The notes under the pieces were generated by a model. The model did not search any database and was not told the DNA's origin. It saw only the letters and a program-made list of their open reading frames with translations. Below are positions 26,936 through 35,062 of a DNA stretch of 37,218 nucleotides, piece by piece (within the stretch, counting starts at the first letter, position 1; the number at the start of each line of letters is the position of its first letter). The translations under genes were made by a program, and so were the position numbers. The stretch comes from an uncultured Candidatus Saccharibacteria bacterium (lineage in GTDB: Bacteria > Patescibacteriota > UBA1384 > XYA2-FULL-43-10): the NCBI GenBank assembly GCA_964426805.1, contig CAYRRY010000004.1:1-37218 (forward strand), read 5' to 3'.

Positions 26936-27196
26936 TTACTTCTTCTTATTTAACCAAATTTTTCGAAAAGTCGGTAAAGCCAGAGTCGAGAGCATGAAAC
27001 CAACCGTTGGAACTATAGCGTTTAGCCAGGGATCTGTAATATTTATTGCCCACATGTAGATTCCGATAGAGAGAAAAGTGAAAATTCCAATTATAATCCT
27101 GCGAGTCCAGCTTGTTTCCCAACCCTTATCCGCCTCTACTCGCCTATTTCTATCCTCTAGAGCTTCTACTCTTTTTCCAAGTTCATTTTTTTCCAT
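26936..27196 (-). CDS. Hypothetical membrane protein
   Basis: RNRRVEADKGWETSWTRR...PWLNAIVPTVGF motif with two TM helices; overlaps the end of the ROK gene. Confidence 0.75.
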   Translation of the reverse strand: MEKNELGKRVEALEDRNRRVEADKGWETSWTRRIIIGIFTFLSIGIYMWAINITDPWLNAIVPTVGFMLSTLALPTFRKIWLNKKK

Positions 27197-28010
27197 TTTT
27201 TTTCTTTTTCTTTTTCTTTACAAGTTTTGAGGCTCCGAGCAGTGCTGGCTCTTTTGTCTTGGAAACTATGACCTTTACTCCCAAATCCTTAATCTCTGAC
27301 TTAAACAAAAAATATGAATTTGTGATTGAACCACCCAAGATAATTATCTCCGGACTATGCTCTACTATCAAAATCTCTAAAGCCTCTTTCAAGTGTTTGC
27401 CTAGATTGGAGAAAGCCTCAATTGCTTTTTTGTCTCCCTCTTCTGCCAAGGTTTGCATCTTTTTAGAATCTTTCTTGTATTTATCTAAAAAATATTTCCC
27501 ACCGCAATAATCCTCAAAAGTTTTGTCTAAAAACTTTCTATCGCTGAATTCCACATCTTCCCTACCATATAAATTTATAATCTGACCGTTGTTTATAGCT
27601 GCGACCCCCATGCCAGTGCCAAGAGTAACTGCAATCACGCTTTTTCTCTCTTTGGCGCTTCCGAAATAAAGCTCTCCTAGAGCAAAACAGGCCGTATCGT
27701 TGTGAATACCTACCGGTAGACCATAAACTTCCTCTAAATATCCCTTGAGTCCAAACTCTCGAAGCGAAGGTATGTTGGTTGTTTTTATTACTTCGTCGTT
27801 TTTTGAATCTATCTGCGAGGGAAGACCGAGCCCGATACCTTCGATGTCAGCACTCATTAACTTATCTACAATGCTTGAAATTTGACTTAAAATATCTTCC
27901 AAATCGCCAGTTGCGTTGGTTTTTTCAACTACAACATTAGAAACCTTACTTCCATCGACTACTCCCGCCTTTATCTTCGTCCCTCCGACATCAATGGCAA
28001 TTATTTTCAT
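27183..28010 (-). CDS. ROK-family sugar kinase
   Basis: IDVGGTKI, HNDTACFALGE, TLGTGMG, IILGGS and ALLGA motifs. Confidence 0.9.
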   Translation of the reverse strand: MKIIAIDVGGTKIKAGVVDGSKVSNVVVEKTNATGDLEDILSQISSIVDKLMSADIEGIGLGLPSQIDSKNDEVIKTTNIPSLREFGLKGYLEEVYGLPVGIHNDTACFALGELYFGSAKERKSVIAVTLGTGMGVAAINNGQIINLYGREDVEFSDRKFLDKTFEDYCGGKYFLDKYKKDSKKMQTLAEEGDKKAIEAFSNLGKHLKEALEILIVEHSPEIIILGGSITNSYFLFKSEIKDLGVKVIVSKTKEPALLGASKLVKKKKKKKNGKK

Positions 28011-28336
28011 GATTTTTCCTTATAAGTTCTTATGTGTGCATCGACATTTCTCGCGGCCAATTCAAGTTTTCTTACAAGACTAGACAACTCATCAATAGAA
28101 GCCGCATCTTTGTCTGCGCCAATACAATCTTCAAGAATCTCTTGAACATTTGCCAATCTATTCGTATCCTCACTTGAAGAAGTTCTCTCATTGCTTGCGA
28201 TCAATCTTGAAAGATCGCTCTGTTTTTGAATACATTCTGATAGCAAATCATCAAACCTTGTCAACAGATACGATCTCTCGCTTTCTGGATTTTCTCTCCC
28301 AGGACGATCACCTCCAAAATATCTATCTGGTCCCAT
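28007..28336 (-). CDS. Hypothetical protein
   Basis: 109-aa helical-looking ORF with an ATGA overlap to the ROK gene. Confidence 0.55.
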   Translation of the reverse strand: MGPDRYFGGDRPGRENPESERSYLLTRFDDLLSECIQKQSDLSRLIASNERTSSSEDTNRLANVQEILEDCIGADKDAASIDELSSLVRKLELAARNVDAHIRTYKEKS

Positions 28337-28385
28337 GTTTGTAAAATTTATTAATATTTTTTTTATCTATATAAATGTCGAAAAA

Positions 28386-29174
28386 CTATCTAACTGTTTG
28401 CTCTGTATCTGGTATGCTACCTTCAAAATTTAACGATCCCTCCGAAAATTCTGCGCTGTTTGCAAAAAAACCGCTAACCCATGCCAGTTTTTCGTTGATA
28501 AAATCTACCAGATATCCTTTTTTACCTGAATATTTGGAAAGCTCCGAATTGATATCCTCCGCGTATGAATTTTCCAACAATTGGTTGTCTTTTACGGAGA
28601 GAAGAAGCCCTGTCGGAACCGAATATCGTCCCATCTCGACCGACAAAAAATCGAGAGTTGATATCTTGTTATCAGAGAGTGACCCAGTTGCATGTAAATA
28701 AAAGGGAGTCTCGCTCGGCATAAGGTAGAGTCGATCAATTACTTCACTAGGAACACCGATACCGGTGCAGTAACCACGAAGTCTTTCTCTATTTACTATG
28801 CCTGTCATCTCGACAGTATTATCGTCGTTTATCCTCATTTGTACACCGTTGACTGGCCAATGTTTCCACGGTCGATCGTTGAGCAAGGCTGAAAGTTCGG
28901 CCGAACTCCAAGAAGTTGTTGTTTCGTGCGTGCCCTCGAACTGAATGCTAGATTCATCTGGAGTAGATGCATCTAAAACCGCATACTCAGCTCCGCTTTT
29001 CTCTATTGCAATGTTCAAATCTTCTTCACTATATGTAATTCCCAAGTCTTTTGGTTTGTCCCAGCCGAAGATTCCACCGATTACCGGCAGATATCCAAGG
29101 TATGCGAAGGCCAGAGAAATAACGATTACTAGAGTAATGACAATGCTCAAAAATACTTTCATTCCTTTTTTCAT
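28386..29174 (-). CDS. Hypothetical membrane-anchored protein
   Basis: Start moved to ATG 29174 (MKKGMK plus TM helix); PKDLGI motif follows. Confidence 0.7.
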   Translation of the reverse strand: MKKGMKVFLSIVITLVIVISLAFAYLGYLPVIGGIFGWDKPKDLGITYSEEDLNIAIEKSGAEYAVLDASTPDESSIQFEGTHETTTSWSSAELSALLNDRPWKHWPVNGVQMRINDDNTVEMTGIVNRERLRGYCTGIGVPSEVIDRLYLMPSETPFYLHATGSLSDNKISTLDFLSVEMGRYSVPTGLLLSVKDNQLLENSYAEDINSELSKYSGKKGYLVDFINEKLAWVSGFFANSAEFSEGSLNFEGSIPDTEQTVR

Positions 29175-29239
29175 AACGGTAAATTTAATAGTGAGCAAAC
29201 CCATTATAGCAGATAATGCAAGACTACGCTCCTGGGTGA

Positions 29240-29268
29240 TTGAATTTTGGGTCAATTTTTGGTAAATT
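29240..29268 (+). promoter_or_regulatory. Putative promoter for GIY-YIG plus tRNA-Ser
   Basis: TTGAAT, 17 bp, TAAATT with extended -10 TG. Confidence 0.45.
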
Positions 29269-29289
29269 CTTTATGTCCGAGGAAGAAAA

Positions 29290-29565
29290 ATGAGCTTATA
29301 TGAAATTATGAAATATTTTGTCTACATGCTAGAAAATACCAAAGGAAGACACTACGTCGGTATAACCACAGAGCCCAAAAGAAGATTGGTCGAACACAAC
29401 GAGGGTTCTGCCAAATCGACCAGACCCTTTGGCCCATGGAAGATGATTTATACTGAGGAGCATGGTTCGAGAGCAGAAGCTTGCAGCAGAGAGTGGCATT
29501 TGAAAAACTCAAAAGGCAGAAAAGAGAAATTGGATATCATCCATAAATATGGAGAGGTCGCATAG
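29290..29565 (+). CDS. Standalone GIY-YIG nuclease (UPF0213/SLX1-like)
   Basis: FVYML...YVGIT...RLVEHN...PWK...ACSREWHLK. Alternative start at 29308. The last residues GEVA and the stop are encoded by the tRNA-Ser 5' end. Confidence 0.92.
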   Translation: MSLYEIMKYFVYMLENTKGRHYVGITTEPKRRLVEHNEGSAKSTRPFGPWKMIYTEEHGSRAEACSREWHLKNSKGRKEKLDIIHKYGEVA

Positions 29566-29640
29566 TGGTCTAGTGCGCACGCTTGGAAAGCGTGTAAGGT
29601 CGCAAGATCTTCGAGGGTTCGAATCCCTCTCTCTCCGCCA
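29551..29640 (+). tRNA. tRNA-Ser (GGA)
   Basis: GGAGAGG acceptor stem, CACGC-TTGGAAA-GCGTG anticodon arm, long variable arm, GGTTCGAATCC T arm and GCCA end. Confidence 0.96.
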
Positions 29641-29759
29641 GATATGATTTACCAATGAAATTGGTGAATTGTATCTGATGATAATGGATTCGAATGGCGG
29701 AAGCACGACTGGTGCTGAGCCGGGGTTGAGAAATTTTTCAGCAGAAAAATATTCATGAC

Positions 29760-29780
29760 CGAATCCCTCTCTCTCCGCCA
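29760..29780 (+). repeat. 21-bp direct repeat of the tRNA-Ser 3' end
   Basis: CGAATCCCTCTCTCTCCGCCA is identical to 29620-29640. Confidence 0.9.
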
Positions 29781-29803
29781 ATATTAGCATTATTTCAACC
29801 AAT

Positions 29804-30307
29804 ATGCTTACTGAAAATCAAGAAAAATATTTGTTAAAAATTCCTACAAATAAAATTGTCAGAATTATTCCTTTTGATCCTAATGTAGTAGAAATTGTAA
29901 ACGGAATAAAAGATCAAATTAGTCGCGCAGGAATAAACCTGGAAGTTAAATTCATCGGTGCTGCTGCTCTAGGAATTTCGGGACAGGGAGATATCGATTT
30001 ATACATTTTTTGTCCAAAAAGAGATTTTCAAGTTTATCTTCCAAATTTCGAACTAATTTTTGGCAAAAAGGTTGAAGGAATTGGCTCTATTAAATGGAAA
30101 TTTGACCGAGGTGGCCATGAAATCGAGATGTATCTTACTGACCCAACTACACCAAGCATGCAAGATCAATTAAAGGTTTTTGAAATTCTTAATAATAACT
30201 CCAAGCTTTTAGAAGAATATGAAACAATTAAATCATCAGCCAATGGGAAGACATTCCGTGAATATATGAAAATAAAATATGAATTTTACAACAAAATTAT
30301 CAATTAA
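29804..30307 (+). CDS. GrpB/UPF0157-family nucleotidyltransferase-fold protein
   Basis: IIPFDPN, FIGAAALGISGQGDIDL, EEYETIK and REYMKIKYEF motifs. Confidence 0.8.
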   Translation: MLTENQEKYLLKIPTNKIVRIIPFDPNVVEIVNGIKDQISRAGINLEVKFIGAAALGISGQGDIDLYIFCPKRDFQVYLPNFELIFGKKVEGIGSIKWKFDRGGHEIEMYLTDPTTPSMQDQLKVFEILNNNSKLLEEYETIKSSANGKTFREYMKIKYEFYNKIIN

Positions 30308-30421
30308 AAATACGAGCGATCTAGTCACGAAACTACAAAAACACCTCAAGGGTGATTTTTTTATCTATGGTGCTCTGTCCGGGGTGAATCCCCGGCCAGT
30401 CGGTCATGCAGGCGCGAACGC

Positions 30422-30574
30422 CTACTCTTCCTTCCTGTTCTTGAATATGAACCTACCACGTCCCACGATCCTGGCTCTCTTTTTGCCACCCCTGTCCCGG
30501 CCGCGGCCTCTCGGTTTGTCGTCTCCCTGATTCTGAGACTTTCCAGCTGCATCGCTCTTGCTGGCCCTGGGCAT
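30422..30574 (-). CDS. Small basic Arg/Gly-rich protein, 50 aa (not in ORF track)
   Basis: MPRASKSDAAGKSQNQGDDKPRGRGRDRGGKKRARIVGRGRFIFKNRKEE. GGGAGG lies 8 nt upstream; promoter-like TTGCAA-17-TATTTT at 30646-30618. Confidence 0.6.
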   Translation of the reverse strand: MPRASKSDAAGKSQNQGDDKPRGRGRDRGGKKRARIVGRGRFIFKNRKEE

Positions 30575-30661
30575 CTTGCTCGCCTCCCGCGACTATGCGT
30601 CTGGTGAACTTATTAAGAAAATACCAAAATACAGCTTTTTTTGCAAGATAGGACGTCTTTC

Positions 30662-30801
30662 ACTAAACGGCTCACCCCCCCCTGAGCCGTTTAGTACTAT
30701 GCATTCACTCTTCATACAAATGACTAAACGCCTCATACGAGTGAGGCGTTTAGAGAAAAGACAAATTAAAATAGCCCGAACGCCTCAATCGCTGAGCCGC
30801 T
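30662..30801. repeat. Cluster of three REP-like palindromes (variant, copy 2, degenerate)
   Basis: ACTAAACGGCTCA-C8-TGAGCCGTTTAGT (30662-30695); CTAAACGCCTCA-TACGAG-TGAGGCGTTTAG (30724-30753); AACGCCTCA-ATCGC-TGAGCCGCT (30779-30801). Confidence 0.8.
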
Positions 30802-30822
30802 CCAGCCTCGAAAATTGTATAT

Positions 30823-33165
30823 TTATCGATCTATTACTCTTGAGAGCAGTAGCTTCTTCTCGATTGAAGCTATTATCTTTCTGGTTTGCAGGATTCTGTC
30901 AGGCGTTACCGAAACTGAAGTTGTGCCTGCCTTGACCATGGTTTCCACTATCTCTGGAAAATCCGAAGGAGCCTGACCACAGATAGAACAGGTTATATTG
31001 TGTTTTCTACAAGTTTTTATCACATACTGAATTGAGAGTTGGACCGCTTCATCTCGCTCGTCGTAATGTGGTCCAAGTTTTTCATTGTCTCTATCAACTC
31101 CAAGTGTTAACTGAGTTAAGTCGTTTGAACCTATGGAGATACCGTCGATTCCAAGTTTGATGAACTCTTCGAGCAAGATCACGTTCGAAGGCACTTCGCA
31201 CATCATCCAAAGTTTGAAATCTGGTCCGCGAACCAAACCTGAATCCTCTACCAGCTTCTTAACCTTGGCCATCTCATCCACAGTTCGAACAAAAGGTATC
31301 ATCATCCAGAGATTTTTCAGATCCTGCTCTTCTCGCACTTTCTTGATAGCTTCAAGCTCCAGCGCAAAAAGCTCTGGTTCAGCCAAATAACGAGAAGCAC
31401 CGCGATAACCTATCATCGGATTAGCTTCTTGGCCTTCATACTTGTCTCCACCCTTGAGTCCTCTATATTCGTTTGTCTTAAAATCGGTTGCTCTATATAC
31501 CACCGGGCGAGGATTGAAAGCAGAAGCAATCACCCCGATTCCATCTACCAGTTTTTTAACATATTCATCTCCCCTGCCATCCTTAACCATAGCTTGTGGG
31601 TGTTCACCCATCTCAGCTATCATAAACTCTGCACGAAGCAAACCAACGCCATCTACGGGCTGACTTGCTACCTGCTCTGCCAAGTGAGGTTCCGCCAAAT
31701 TCACATATACTTTGGTACCAGTAACTGGTACTTCCTCAACCAAGGCCCTACCGCCGATTGCAGGTTTTCCGCCCAGAACCTGCTCAGGAGTTGCGGAAAC
31801 TTTGGCTTTGCCCTTGTAAACCATGCCTTTTTTGCCATCAACAGTTATTACTTGGCCTTTCTTCAAATCATGTGTTGCTGTACCCGAGCCAACCACGCAA
31901 GGAATACCCAATTCACGGGATACGATAGCGGCGTGACAAGTTCGCCCGCCTGTGTCGGTTACAATCGCTGAAGCACGTCTCATGGCCGGCACAAAATCCG
32001 GAGTAGTCATCTCGGTAACTAAAACATCGCCTTTTTTTATCTTATCTATTTCGGAGTGAGAGTGAATAATATTTACTATACCAGATGAAATACCCATCGA
32101 AGCAGCAATCCCCTTCAAAATAACATCCATCTTGGAGATGTCTTCACCGCTCTCATCTTTTTTCTCTGCTCCCTCGTCTGCCGAGGCATCCTCCTTGCCC
32201 AAGGTAGTAATCGGTCTTGACTGAACCAAATAAAGCTCCTCTTTTTCCATCGCCCACTCTGTATCCTGAGGTTTACCTTTATAGTGATCCTCTGTTTGAA
32301 CGCCGATCTTTGCAAGTTCTACTATCTTTTTATCAGATAGCTTCTGCTCTTTTCTCTTGGCTTTCGGCACATCTACATGTTTGTCTCCGCCCTTCTTGGC
32401 ATCTCGAACTATCTTCCACGGTTGAGAATTTATCTCTTTGCTGATTATCTTGAACGTTTTTTTATCCACTAAGTAGTGATCTGGAGTAACTGAGCCCGAA
32501 ACAATAGCCTCGCCCAAACCGTAGCCGGCCTCTATACTTAGATAGCCAGACTTTTCATCCATAGGGTCAACTGTAAACATAATTCCGGAAACTTCCGACT
32601 GGACCATAGCCTGAACCGGAACCGCAATCCCTACCTTCATATGATCAAATTTGTTAATAATTCTGTAATATATAGCTCTTGCCTCGAAGAGCGATGCATA
32701 ACAATTTTGAACCGCTTTTAACACCTCAGCCTTGCCTTTTATGTTTAGATAGGTTGCTTGTTGGCCTGCAAAAGAAGCGTCCGGCAGATCCTCAGCTGTA
32801 GCGCTAGAGCGAACAGCAACCTCAAAACCACCAAGTTTGTGATATGCGTCCTCTATCGCTCTATCTAAATCACTAGGGAAATTTACACTTATGATTTTCT
32901 TTTTTATATCTTTTGAGGCTTTATTCAGCGCTTTTGAGTTTTCAGGATCCAAACCCTTGAGGGCTTCTCTAATATAACCTTTTATCTTGGTCTGCTCTAA
33001 GAAATAGTAAAAAGCAGGCGCTGTAACGTTGAATCCGTTTGGCACCGGTATTTTAGCTGCTCGAAGTTCACCTAGATTTGCACCCTTGCCACCCACAAGT
33101 GCGATATCTTTGTTTCTGACCTCATCAAACCACGCAATAAGCTGTCTTTTTTTAGATCCTATCAT
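30823..33165 (-). CDS. ppsA: Phosphoenolpyruvate synthase (pyruvate, water dikinase)
   Basis: VGGKGANLGEL, VAVRSSATAEDLPDASFAGQQ, GGRTCHAAIVSRELG (phospho-His), EANPMIGYRGA and SIGSNDLTQ. Start moved to ATG 33165 behind a GGAGGGG SD. Confidence 0.97.
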   Translation of the reverse strand: MIGSKKRQLIAWFDEVRNKDIALVGGKGANLGELRAAKIPVPNGFNVTAPAFYYFLEQTKIKGYIREALKGLDPENSKALNKASKDIKKKIISVNFPSDLDRAIEDAYHKLGGFEVAVRSSATAEDLPDASFAGQQATYLNIKGKAEVLKAVQNCYASLFEARAIYYRIINKFDHMKVGIAVPVQAMVQSEVSGIMFTVDPMDEKSGYLSIEAGYGLGEAIVSGSVTPDHYLVDKKTFKIISKEINSQPWKIVRDAKKGGDKHVDVPKAKRKEQKLSDKKIVELAKIGVQTEDHYKGKPQDTEWAMEKEELYLVQSRPITTLGKEDASADEGAEKKDESGEDISKMDVILKGIAASMGISSGIVNIIHSHSEIDKIKKGDVLVTEMTTPDFVPAMRRASAIVTDTGGRTCHAAIVSRELGIPCVVGSGTATHDLKKGQVITVDGKKGMVYKGKAKVSATPEQVLGGKPAIGGRALVEEVPVTGTKVYVNLAEPHLAEQVASQPVDGVGLLRAEFMIAEMGEHPQAMVKDGRGDEYVKKLVDGIGVIASAFNPRPVVYRATDFKTNEYRGLKGGDKYEGQEANPMIGYRGASRYLAEPELFALELEAIKKVREEQDLKNLWMMIPFVRTVDEMAKVKKLVEDSGLVRGPDFKLWMMCEVPSNVILLEEFIKLGIDGISIGSNDLTQLTLGVDRDNEKLGPHYDERDEAVQLSIQYVIKTCRKHNITCSICGQAPSDFPEIVETMVKAGTTSVSVTPDRILQTRKIIASIEKKLLLSRVIDR

Positions 33166-33331
33166 AACCCCTCCAAAATTACTTTGTAATTTTGCCCTAC
33201 CGTAGCAAAGTTTCGACTGCGAACCTGTAAGTTTCGAGGCGACCCTGAGCAAAGGAGAGCTCGTAACCAAATAATTGTTAATCAATAATTTAATCACCCA
33301 TCAATCAATACTATTTTACCACAAATTTATT

Positions 33332-33772
33332 TTATATCCCAAGCTCAGATATGATATCCCAACTAAAACCTCGACGTGACAGGAAGCTGAATAATTTTTG
33401 CTTATCGGCATAATCTTTTATTTTGTTACGCTTCTGCCACTTCTCTTTGGCGTTCAAAGCTGATTCTAGCTCCATCTCAAGTGACAACTCACTTAAGCTC
33501 TTCTCAATGGTTTCTGGTTTTATCCTCTCAGCAATCATTTTTTTCTGTATACGATATCTGCCCCACAGTTTAAACTCCAAACCGTCTCGAATCAGACTTT
33601 TAGCTAATTTTGCCTCGTCAATAAACTTTTTTTCAATTAAAAAAGCGACTGTGCTTTTTATCTCAGCTTCTGAAAAGTCTTTCTGTTGCATCTTCTCTTC
33701 AATCGAGCGTTCGCTTCTGTCTTTGAACTTGAGCAGATACAGGGCATACTCTTTTGGATTTTTTATTTTCAT
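33332..33772 (-). CDS. recX: Regulatory protein RecX
   Basis: ALYLL..KDRSE..I..K, FIDE...A, WGRYRI and KLFSFLSRRGFSWDII motifs. Confidence 0.88.
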   Translation of the reverse strand: MKIKNPKEYALYLLKFKDRSERSIEEKMQQKDFSEAEIKSTVAFLIEKKFIDEAKLAKSLIRDGLEFKLWGRYRIQKKMIAERIKPETIEKSLSELSLEMELESALNAKEKWQKRNKIKDYADKQKLFSFLSRRGFSWDIISELGI

Positions 33773-33853
33773 AAGTGTAATAAAAAAAATGACTATCTAT
33801 ATAATAGTGCATTTTTCTATATTTATTAAACTAGCTTCGAAAGATTTATTTCA

Positions 33854-35062
33854 TCATTCGTATCTCATCACATCAAGTGCAGCAACCTTGGCAGCCCTTC
33901 TCGAAGGATAAAGACCAGTCAACAGACTCATTAAAAAGGCGAAAACAACTATGATGACTATAAACCACGGATTGTAGTAAAAGACCGATACAGACTCTCC
34001 GCCAGACTGAACAGCGTAGTAATTTAGGATTCCATTAAATAACACTCCCACAAGCACTCCCAGAATAACTCCTGCCAAACCACCAACTAATCCGAAGATA
34101 GAAGACTCAACCAAGAAAAGAAACCTGATATCTTTTCTAGACATACCCAAAATCTTGAAAAGTGCTATCTCTCGTATTCTCTCCATGAGAGATATGGTCA
34201 GAGTGTTAAACATACCAAGGGCAGCCACGATTAAAGCAACCAGGCCAAAACTTCCTAAGATGATTCTGAATATTGCAAAAATCTGCTCTATTTGGCTTAC
34301 AGTGTCTCCCACATATTCTGTCTTATATCCCATATTCTCTATCTGTTTCCTTACCTTCTCAATCAGATCACGGTCTTTGACAGTAACTTTTGCCTGAGAG
34401 TAATTCTTCGCCCCATCTATCTTTAAGTTATCAATATAAGTATAAAGGATTGGCGATTCATCGTTTTTAACCACTCCCACTATCTTGTAAGTTTCTCTTT
34501 CTGTCTCTAAGCCACTATCAGTTTCGGCAATCTCTTTGGGTATAGTAAGGATAAACTCTTTTTCTTGACCAATTAGATCTTCTGGGTCAGCCTCCAAAAA
34601 AGTTGCGCAAGAGGTATTGATGATTATCTCTCGAGGTGAAACTTCCCTATCTTCTGCCTCATTAAACTTCTCTCCCCAACGAACTGATATGCCTGAAAGA
34701 TCTAGGTAGTTAGCGGAAGTGCCATATATCGTTGCGTCAGTTGACTTATCACCACTAATTATCTTTCCCCCAGCATTGATAGTCGAGTCAACTCTCTCAA
34801 CATCTGCCAAACCATCGATACTATTTATGGAATCCTGATTTAGCTTCACTACCTTGGAAGAACCTGTGCCCACATCCACCAATTTTAGAGCATTACCACC
34901 AGTCACTTCGCTTGTAACCAACCGCTGTAGGCCGAAAGCAAAAGAGACTAAAACTACGATTGCAGATATGCCTATCACAACTCCAAGCAGAGTAAAGAAT
35001 GTTCTCATTCTATTTGAAAGTAGATTCTTTAAAGCTAATTTTAGTGCAAAAGTTTTATCCAT
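33854..35062 (-). CDS. MacB/FtsX-family ABC transporter permease
   Basis: NRMRTFFTLLGVVIG, GMFNTLTISLMERIREIALFKILG and YPSRRAAK motifs. Confidence 0.92.
   Translation of the reverse strand: MDKTFALKLALKNLLSNRMRTFFTLLGVVIGISAIVVLVSFAFGLQRLVTSEVTGGNALKLVDVGTGSSKVVKLNQDSINSIDGLADVERVDSTINAGGKIISGDKSTDATIYGTSANYLDLSGISVRWGEKFNEAEDREVSPREIIINTSCATFLEADPEDLIGQEKEFILTIPKEIAETDSGLETERETYKIVGVVKNDESPILYTYIDNLKIDGAKNYSQAKVTVKDRDLIEKVRKQIENMGYKTEYVGDTVSQIEQIFAIFRIILGSFGLVALIVAALGMFNTLTISLMERIREIALFKILGMSRKDIRFLFLVESSIFGLVGGLAGVILGVLVGVLFNGILNYYAVQSGGESVSVFYYNPWFIVIIVVFAFLMSLLTGLYPSRRAAKVAALDVMRYE

Noticed and set aside
27183..27220. Phase-variable poly(A) tract at the ROK 3' end
   Set aside because: The runs are interrupted (longest about 7 nt) in an AT-rich genome, and there is no sign of a frameshift.
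29620..29780. Prophage or integrative island att sites
   Set aside because: Only 119 bp lie between the repeats and there is no integrase or phage gene in the window. Kept only as a mini-element finding.
29509..29802. 97-aa minus-strand ORF containing WRRERDSNPR
   Set aside because: Typical antisense translation of a tRNA gene and its duplicated 3' end.
30361..30552. 63-aa minus-strand ORF from the track
   Set aside because: It has no SD. An overlapping frame (30574-30422) has a well-spaced GGGAGG and is preferred.
30662..30801. CRISPR array
   Set aside because: Only three non-identical palindromes with irregular spacing, and no cas genes.
30558..30935. 125-aa plus-strand ORF
   Set aside because: It runs across the palindrome cluster and antisense into ppsA, with no SD or recognisable motif.
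31133..32444. Antisense or shadow ORFs inside ppsA (and likewise inside nrdD, dnaG, rpoD, the Clp ATPase and ABC genes)
   Set aside because: Fully nested opposite well-supported conserved genes, with no motifs or SD.
33166..33297. N-terminal extension of PpsA given in the ORF track
   Set aside because: A strong SD precedes ATG 33165 and family similarity begins there. Similar over-long starts were trimmed for the Clp ATPase, Trx-CcdA fusion, 28386 gene and second ABC ATPase.
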